The notes under the pieces: model-generated
What the model was told of the DNA's origin: nothing
Seen by the model: only the letters and a program-made list of their open reading frames with translations
Databases searched by the model: none
Program-made: the position numbers and the translations under genes
Part shown: piece after piece, positions 55,302-64,000 of the stretch
How the letters are laid out: the number at the start of each line of letters is the position of its first letter
Position numbering within the stretch: the stretch's first letter is position 1
Source: Eledone cirrhosa
Lineage: Eukaryota
Length of the DNA stretch: 64,000 bases
Reading direction: 5' to 3'
Assembly: GCA_964016885.1 (NCBI GenBank)
Contig: OZ024758.1
Location: 29,822,001-29,886,000, forward strand

Positions 55302-55497
55302 ATAGGAACGAGTAGGACCCCGACGGCTGAGCTCAAGCCGTTTCGACGGCTAATTCTGGAGTCTAGAATTAGCCGTCGAAACGGCTTGAGCTCAGCCGTC
55401 GGGGTCCTACCCGTTCCTATTACCCACTCTACTACCCTAAGTATTGAGTACTTTGGTGCGTTATGGGCCATCTGGTTCCTTACCACATTTCCTTCGT
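55302..55497 (+). mobile_element. Second GC-rich hairpin mini-element
   Basis: Palindrome 55302-55420 plus shared tail ending TTCGT-(TA)n. Confidence 0.75.
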
Positions 55498-56026
55498 TAT
55501 ATATATATATATATATATATATGAATAAAGTTAGTCCTTCATCAGTGATCTTCCAACCTTCATTGGTATTTCATCACTTTAAAGACCATATACCTCAGGT
55601 TGGTGCGAGCAACGGCTAAAGAAAGTCGATGGGACACGTAAATAAGGGGAACGAGCGAGACTGTAAACAATCAAAGATGGTAATGCAACGAAACGAAAAG
55701 TGAGGAAGAAGGAGCCAAGTCCCTGAATTCAATGAATATAAGTTCTGTGAAATCACGAAAAATTTGATGAAACACATTTAACACTCTGTATCGCATCTCT
55801 TTATACCGCCTCTTCATATCCTCTGTTACGATACTGTAACCTTTTATGCACTGGGTAATTGCTGGCCATGTGCCTAAAGTAGAAACAATTATATATATAT
55901 ATATATTAATAAATATATCTATATATATATATATGGCGTTGTTATTTGACGTTGTTGAAAAGAACAGTGGCCTCTGACCCGGCAATAAAAACTGGAGACA
56001 AAATTCTTTCTGTACCCAGAACAAGG

Positions 56027-56057
<31 letters not shown>

Positions 56058-57759
56058 TTGTGTGTGTGTATCTATCTATGTGTATGTATATATATATATA
56101 TATATAAGGGATACAGATATTGTTTGCTCACTGTCACTAAGCATCTCAATTCATTCGTTGCAACTAAGTTTGTGATCGAGGCACTTTATTTTACAAGGAA
56201 CTATTTTTCCCTTGAGTTTGAGAGAAAGGTAAGAAATTCTTCATATTTTGCATCTTTTGTATTTTGACTTTACAGTTTGAATTGTAGAATTGTCCGTCCA
56301 CTCAAAATATTACAACAGCTAACAGTGAAATATAGAATTTTTAAAAAAAGGAGCTTTTTTGACTGAGATAAAATCTTTGAGAACATTCATGTCTATTTTT
56401 CAAAAATATATAATTTGAAATATAAATTACAGAATAATCAAAACTATGTTCAAAACATTTTATTACTGACAATCGTTTCTTCCAAACGAAAGTTTGGAAT
56501 CATCGGAGCACTAGCAAAGTTTAGACATATAATTAAGCTCCTATTCCACAGAACAATTGTAAAGATACGTGGAATCCGGCTCTGTAAAACATCCGATTTA
56601 TTTACATTGAGCTATTTTTCTTACTGGTAATAAGGTGGTAATGAATTACTAACCTTTCCTGTTTATAATTATATATAGTGTATATATAAGTATAAATAAT
56701 AATATTATTATTATTAATTTGAAATAGCTTGCTTTTGTTTTGGACTGAAACTTTTTTGTATTTAATTCGTACAAGTATTTTTCAAAGATTTTTTAAAAGA
56801 TTCTAACATAACTTGATTTGGCCCAGTAATCTACTGATATCAAAATCAGTAGTATATTGAAAAATGGAATAATTGGGTAGGGGGGGCGTTTCGTGATTTT
56901 GAGGGGTAAAAGGGGGCGTTTGGCCAAAATAGGTTAAGAACCTTTGATATAGTTCATGGTGTTATTTCTTGTGACAAACATGTTGGATACTTGTGTATTT
57001 AATATAATATATAAGCTTTTAAAAACCTATCTAATTATGGTAAATATTTTCTTATTAGTAAATAGATTTATAGTAATTAATTTGAGAGAGAGAAAAGTTT
57101 ATAGGCTGATCAAGATACTATCATGGAATAACTAAATGAGGTTTATTTTTCAACATAGTCCCTGGAAAGAAACTATACAGTTATTAATAAGAAGAGTTGA
57201 AATGAATGCATGCAAGATTTCACAGCTCTAACATCACTCCTTTATTTCCACCTTGCTGACTGGTGTGCAGTAGTCTATTCTACACTAAATCACTCACTCA
57301 CCAGTATCAAACATGAAGTGGATACGCTATTTGATAGGACATTGAGAGATTTAAACAAGAAAAGTCAATAAATGCAGACATGATGTTTGCCTCAAATCTC
57401 TTGCAGCTGTTATGGTAATAAAACAATGTTACTTCATGTTCAGTCTATCTTCCTCCCACTTTTAGTATTTTTAGTTAACAATCAAAATATGTAGAACTTT
57501 GTACATATCGTATAGTACTCACTAAACATATTTTCTCTAATAGAAATAATTTTGTTAGTGTTGTGTCATCTAAGACTGGGTCTTTAAATTTACTTGGTCC
57601 ACATTCTAAGAAAAAAAGGGTTAATTCTCCTTCAAGGGTTCCCTTTAACAATAGTGAGGCCCAGTAGTAATGGGAGTCAGGAGTAAATATGGATATTTTT
57701 TAAAATCCTGAAATATGAAGTAAACATTGCTAAGAAGTTCCCATTATTTGAACCGATTA

Positions 57760-57945
57760 GGCGGTGAGTTGGCAGTATCGGTAGAGGGTCGGACGCCATA
57801 CTTTGACGCAAAGAGTTACGGCCCTTTCCATGCTGAGTTCAAATCCCGCCGAGGTTAACTTTGCCTTTCATCCTTACGGGGTTGATAAAATAAAGTACCA
57901 GTAATGCACTGGGTAATTGCTGGCCTTGTGCCAAAAGTGGAAACA
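57760..57945 (+). mobile_element. Full-length tRNA-derived SINE
   Basis: A and B boxes; perfect 17-bp TSD ATTATTTGAACCGATTA. Confidence 0.92.
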
Positions 57946-59222
57946 ATTATTTGAACCGATTAAAATAGAAAAAAAGGGAGTAGCTGTTATTGTCTCTCTG
58001 CTAAACACTGGCCACTGGTCTCTGACCTCTGAGGCATTTTTGCCCATTGCTGTCATTGACAGCATTTGGCTGTTTTAACAGATTTCTGGCGATGAGTTTT
58101 CTCATTTTTCTATGAATTCAAATATACTCTCGCTTCGTCTCGATTAGAGACAACAATGTTTATTCATTTATTAAAAAAATATTTTTATTCAAGGAAACTC
58201 CAGTGGCGCTATCAAGCCTTTCATCATTATCATGATTGTTTTTCTGTCTACTTTTCCATCCATCCCATACCAGTATGGAAAGTGGACATAATGATGATAG
58301 TCTTGGTAGTGGCATTGAAATTAATTTTGTATATCCAGAGTAGACATGGGTTCCATAATCTGTGTGGAAGGCCTAGAAGAGCAGTCACTCTGGATAAATA
58401 TAATTGCACAGGGTAGGCTTACATAAGTCATAGTAAAAGCAACTCATCTAAGGGAGCAGCTACTTTGAAAAAAACACACAGTCGACGCTGTAAGTGGCCG
58501 TGTAGGTAACACGGTAAAAAGTTCCCAGTCCACACTGTAAATGTGGTTGGTGTTAGGAAGGGCATCCAGTCGTAGAAAACCTGCCAGATAGTCCTATACC
58601 AGTGAGACAAGGTCACCCGACCAACCTTGCCTCAAGTGGGACAACTCCCGTCTAACCCATGCTAGCTTGGAAGATGGACGTTAAACGAAGATGATGATGA
58701 TGATGATGACATGGTAGAGAGGACCCTGAAGACCTGTCAGACAACCTCTCTAGTGCATCCAGTCCATGTTGTAAAGTAGTTGATGGTAGAAAGGGCATCT
58801 GGCCAGAAAAAAACTTTGCCATAAATGACGAACCAAGTATCATCATCATCATCATCATTTAATGTCTATTTTCCATGCTAGCATGAGTTAGACAGATTAG
58901 TCCCATTAGAGGCAAGTTGGGTCGGGTGACCATGTCTTGCTCATATAGGACTTTCTGGCTGGTTTTCTACAGCTGGACGCCCTTCCTAATGCCAACCACA
59001 ATTACAGTTTGTGCTGGGTGCTTTTTGTTGTGTTACAGTGAGGGCCGGATGTTTTGTGGTATCAACATAACTTTACAAGTATATGCCATACAAATGCTAA
59101 TAGTGAAAGAAGAAAGATTTCATCATCATTATCATCATCACCACCACCACCACCATCACCACCATCCTTTAATGTCTGTTTTCCCTGCTAGCAAGGGTTG
59201 GACGATTTCTTTCAAGATTGAA

Positions 59223-59362
59223 GGCACATGGCTTAGTGGTTAGAGCATTGGCCTTGCAATCGAAAGGTTGTGAGTTCAATTCTCAGACCAGGTGATGTGT
59301 TGTTTCCTTGAGCAAGACACTTTATTTCACATTGCTCCAGTTTACTCAGCTGTAGAAATGAG
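59223..59362 (+). mobile_element. 5' part of a second tRNA-headed SINE family
   Basis: TGGCTTAGTGGTTAGAGC...GAGTTCAATTC followed by the TCCTTGAGCAAGACACTT core-like domain. Confidence 0.7.
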
Positions 59363-59779
59363 ATGATAGGGACTGGGGTCCCTATCATTCCACTGCAAAG
59401 TGGTCGTGGAGGTGCCACGACAAAAAAGCACCCAGCACTCACTGTAAATGAGGTTGGTGTTAGGAAGGGCATCCAGCTGTAGAAATCAAGCCAGAATCAG
59501 TTCCCGTCCTACCCTTGCAAGCAGGGAAAAGCTGACGTAAAATGATGATGATTATATTCAGGTATACACAACTATACAACTCTATGTAATTATATACACT
59601 CTCTTTATCTATTTAATGATACCTTTACTTCAGTATTGTTGTCACCTTTTCTGCTACATTCTCAACTCAACTCTTCCATTCTTGTTTATTTACTGTTTTA
59701 TTTGGAATATCTCATTGGTGTACTCAAGTCAGTATCTCAAAGAACTCTGTCATTCCAAAAGTCAGCTCAAAAGTGACTA

Positions 59780-59855
<76 letters not shown>

Positions 59856-60477
59856 GATAAGAGGGATCAGATGTTGTTTACTCGAGAGAAGGCTGCGTTG
59901 GTATGGACACGTGATGCGCATGAAAGTCGATAGCTGTATTACAAAGTGCAGGGCAATAAAGATAGACGGTAGCCACGGAATAGGCAGACCTAGAAAAACA
60001 TGGGATGAGCTGATAAACTCCGACCTCACACACTTACACCTCTCCAAGACAATGTCACTGGACCGTGACCTTTGGCGGTACTCAGTAACAGAGAAGACCC
60101 GCCTTGCCAGTAGGCATCTCTAACAAAATACACCCCGTCCCGCCACCACCCCCACCCCATCCACACCACCCCGTTCTATGTAAAGTTATGTTGGTGCCGC
60201 GCCATCCAGGCCGAAACAAATGAGATCGTGTAGGTGTCACGACAAAAAAACACACAGTCCACGCTGTAATGTGGCCGTGTAGGCAACACGGTAAAAACCT
60301 CCCAGACCCACACTGTAAATGTGGTTGGTGTTAGGAAGGGCATCCAACTGTAGAAAACCTGCCAGACAGTCCTATGCGAGCAAGACAATCACTCTTGCCT
60401 CAAGTGGGACTACCCCCGTCCAAACCCATGCAAGCGTGGAACACGGACGTTAAACGTTGATGATGATGATGATGATG

Positions 60478-60478
<1 letters not shown>
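59856..60478 (+). mobile_element. RTE LINE 3' fragment
   Basis: RRLRWYGHVMRMK...GRPRKTWDEL; (GAT)n tail. Confidence 0.9.
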
Positions 60479-60558
<80 letters not shown>

Positions 60559-60812
60559 CATATATACATATGTACATATATACATCATCATCATCATCAT
60601 CATTTTACGTCCGCTTTTCCCTGCTTGCAAGGGTGGGACGGGTCCTATTCAGCACAGCATCTCTCCACTTGTCACGGTCCTTCGTCATCTCCGTGAGTTT
60701 CTTTTGAAGTTTTAGAAAATGCAGATTTTGTCAATGATATTTGATATAATAAGTACCAGCAGGCCTACTGTGCAGGATTTGAACCATGTATCTGTTGCTT
60801 GCTATGTGAAAA

Positions 60813-61015
60813 CATCAGACCTGTCGACTCCCCGCTGTCGGATGGGGAGATCTCCCACCCACTTCGAGGTGGGTGGGAGATGTCTTCTCTTGTGAAAATA
60901 GGTATAGCTTTCATTATGTAAAATTGCTCCAAATTTGCCTCATTTCTCCCCATTTTGAAGCACTTTTTTTCATGGCACTCAGCATTATGGATTTTAGAGG
61001 TTGGCATGTCTGATG
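60813..61015. mobile_element. MITE, uninterrupted copy
   Basis: TIR CATCAGACCTGTCGAC / GTTGGCATGTCTGATG. Confidence 0.75.
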
Positions 61016-62171
61016 CATTACTAACTAGGCTACAGAACACCTACCTACTATGTGGGTTGACTGAAAGGTTCATAGGCTGAGTATGAACGAATGATGATAG
61101 AGCTGTGTAATCTTGCATGCATTCATTTCAACTCTTCATCATCATCATCATCAACATTTTACGTCCGCTTTTCCCTGCTTGCAAGGGTTGGACGGGTCCT
61201 ATTCAGCACAGCATCTCTCCACTTGTCACGGTCCTTCGTCATCTCAGTGAATTTAGTGATCTGAAGTCTGCTCTCACCATCTCTGCCCATGCTTTTTGTG
61301 GTCTTCTTGATAATAACTACATTGTTTCTTTCCAGGGACTATTGTTGAAAAATAAACCTCGTTTGGTCATTCCATGAAAGTATCTTGGTCAGCCTATGAA
61401 CCTTTTAGCTGACACTCATACTATTTCCTCTCTCTTTAATTAATTACAATAAATCTATGTACTGGTATTGTATCTGCTACTGCTGCAGTATCAGGAAATT
61501 CGTTATTATTTTGCATGATAAGATAGGTTATTAAAAGCTTATATATTATATTAGCTACACAAGTATCCAACATGTCTGTCACAAAAAATAACACCCTGAA
61601 CTATATTATGAATTAATTGTCTGTTAATATCTTTAACATAAAATGATATTTGAGACAAGAAGGAGCAGCAGATTCACTGACGGGACTTGACGATGAATAA
61701 AAAAAAAAAAAAAAGGGGGTCCCCCAACAATACTTATTGTTTTTTACCATGCATATATGTATATATAAGGTGTCTGATAACATGTCTGTTTTGTGGTTTA
61801 AGCTTTATTTTTTTTTCCACCCCTACTATGCTGAAGGAGGTGTGAATAAAATATTAATTCCTGTACAAACTACAAGCTACAAGCTACTAACTACATCTCA
61901 CAAAGAAGACAGACTGACACAGACAAATATGGAGGTAGGTGTGTACTTGTGGAGTGGGAAGGTGTGCATTTCAGCTCTGCCTGGCACAAGGACAGCTGCC
62001 TCGGCTGTCAGAGTGATTTGTGTAATAACTTCCAAGTTAATTGCAGACAATTCTTTTTACAGTTGCTCCATTGCCGGAGGACATCACATTGTCTCTTGAA
62101 AAATATACAACAGCTAACAATGCCAGAACAAAGCTGATTCAACCTCTTAGTTGTTTGTCAACAATTGTGAG

Positions 62172-62498
62172 GGGGGGGGGTCATGGTGGTGGGTTGATGG
62201 GGTTGGTGGTGACGTTGGAGGTGGTCATAGTGGTGATGTTGGAGCTGGTCGTAGTAGTGGTGATGTTGGAGGTGGTGGTAGTGGTGATGGCGGTCATGAT
62301 GGTGGTGGTGGAGGTGATCATAGTAGTGGTGATGGTGGTGGTGATGTTGGAGGTGGTGGTGGTGATGGTGGTGGTGGTGGTGGCGGTGGTGGTGATGTTG
62401 GAGGTGATCATAGTAGTGGTGGTGATGTTGGAGGTCGTCGTGGTGTTGGTGGTGGTGATGGTTGTGACAATGGTGGTGGTGGTGGAGATGGGGATGAT
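62172..62498. repeat. Degenerate (GGT)n low-complexity tract
   Basis: Direct inspection. Confidence 0.9.
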
Positions 62499-62709
62499 AA
62501 AGAGTTTCTTAATTAATTCTTTTCTTTTTCCGGCTGATTTTATTCATATTTCCTGTTTTTATGATTTGTTGAAGTGGTATAAGTAACTTGCTTTAACCCT
62601 TTTAATACCAATCCTGCCATAACCACCCATTTCAAACAATTCCTATATAAATTTATATCTTCCAACATGATATTATATAAGAACATATTTTAAGTTATAT
62701 TAGGAACGA

Positions 62710-62895
62710 GGGCAGTGGATTGGCAGTATCGGTAGAAGGTCGGACGCCATGCTTTCCAGCATAGTTACATCCCTTTATGATCTGAGTTCAAATCCCGCCG
62801 AGGTTGACTTTGCCTTTCATCCTTACGGGGTCGATAAAATAAAGTACCAGTAATGCACTGGGTAATTGCTGGCCTTGTGCCTAAAGTAGAAACAA
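62710..62895 (+). mobile_element. Full-length tRNA-derived SINE
   Basis: 15-bp TSD TTATATTAGGAACGA. Confidence 0.92.
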
Positions 62896-63319
62896 TTATA
62901 TTAGGAACGAAATAATTTGATTATATCCCTTAGTATTGGAGCTGTGATCTCTCAATTTGGAGAAGTAGCGGCTCTACCTGCAGTGACTCTCCAACAGGTA
63001 GGAGACCCAGGGGTAGGCACCAAGCAAGATGGTTGGATAACATCCATGAGCTAGGTTGGTGATGCTTGGGGACTCCGCCTCCACGACCCTTTCATGGATA
63101 AGTGGGTGAAGAAGAAGAAGAGTATATCCTTCAAAATTCTGCATTACTTAATTGAAAGAGAGTAGATTTTGTTATAAATACGGTAACGAAACGGTTAAGA
63201 TTTCAATAAACTGATTCTGATCTTAAACTGTCTTTTGTATGGCCCTGGTAGAAACCATACAGCCCTAGACTTCAGTGGTACACGGTATTTAATCTTGTTC
63301 TTCTATGTTCAAGTCTCCA

Positions 63320-63600
63320 TTGCCAAGGGTACAACTGTAAACCTGTCGGAGAGTGACTAGTATTTGACGAGTTTGACCTCCTCACCCCGACATGCAGCAG
63401 AACCTGGGTTAGTCACCAACTGCACCATGTTGTGGCTGCAGAAAGTGTCGGTGCAAGTGGCATCCCAGATGAGGGGTTTACCACCGTGGAACAGGAAGAT
63501 GGTCATGCCATCTGGCCTTTTGCCGTCCCCTCGGTCCAGCCCCACCGGCTCGAGCTGGGAAGGGAAGGGAAGCCTGCAGCGTCCAAGCCATGCTTTATGA
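63320..63600 (-). mobile_element. CRE-like RLE endonuclease fragment (second family)
   Basis: LDRGDGKRPDGMT...WDATCTDTF...K..KY. Confidence 0.8.
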
Positions 63601-64000
63601 CCTCATTGCTTAATAACAACAATAAATAGTAAATGAATAGTCTTTATCCCAGTCTCTATTTCTTGTTTATTTGCAATGATTAAAGAAAGTGAATCTGAAT
63701 TACGTACTTATCTTTAGCCCTTCTATTGACATATTTCTGATGGAATATACTGCCTATGTATTTCAATTAATTTTGAAAATAACCAAAAATTTGATACCTG
63801 CTGGAAGGAGTGTTTGAGGACTCTGTCCCCACATGACCCTCTCAGTGGGCAAAGAAGACCAAAAATGTTTCATTAGTAAACTGAAATTTAAAACATTACT
63901 TTAAAAAATTTCTCATGTTAAACTATGATGGAAGGTTTTAATATAAGGATAAACATTTTAACATGAATAGTTTTCTATCATGAATCCAGGGTAGTTTCAC

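Noticed and set aside
55523-55790. Additional hammerhead in a TA-flanked island
   Set aside because: A CTGATGA occurs on the minus strand but no matching GAAA-stem arrangement follows.
57395-57470. Candidate SLC7 exon 2 after CTCTTGCAG
   Set aside because: The phase-1 translation does not resemble the expected TM4 motif.
57760-59300. tRNA genes
   Set aside because: The A and B boxes belong to SINE heads that continue into SINE bodies; no complete cloverleaf.
62041-62586. Val-rich or Gly-rich protein ORFs
   Set aside because: Degenerate (GGT)n tract open in several frames.

Overview
This is eukaryotic (metazoan) genomic DNA, most likely an octopod cephalopod (inference from the tRNA-SINE and RTE repertoire, the very long (TA)n tracts and the giant intron). 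The only host coding sequence I can support is the first coding exon of an SLC7 L-type amino-acid transporter light chain (1774-2290, + strand). The rest of the window appears to be one intron of more than 61 kb, and I found no exon 2. The intron is packed with RTE LINEs and their tail-sharing short elements, tRNA-derived SINEs, CRE-like RLE retrotransposon remnants, hAT, piggyBac and mariner MITEs, and four minisatellite arrays. The most notable structure is a set of short Penelope-like (PLE) elements lying in or beside (TA)n microsatellites. They carry minimal type-I hammerhead ribozymes (about 15 motifs from several families) and often integrate as fold-back palindromes. In the commonest family, stem II covaries around an invariant C.C mismatch and the ribozyme lies between a conserved G|GTATGT donor-like motif and a TTTATATCAG acceptor-like motif, suggesting a ribozyme inside an intron. 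A degraded coding PLE (RT plus GIY-YIG) with hammerhead-bearing direct repeats sits in the middle of this cluster. All structures were read by eye; no searches or folding calculations were run.
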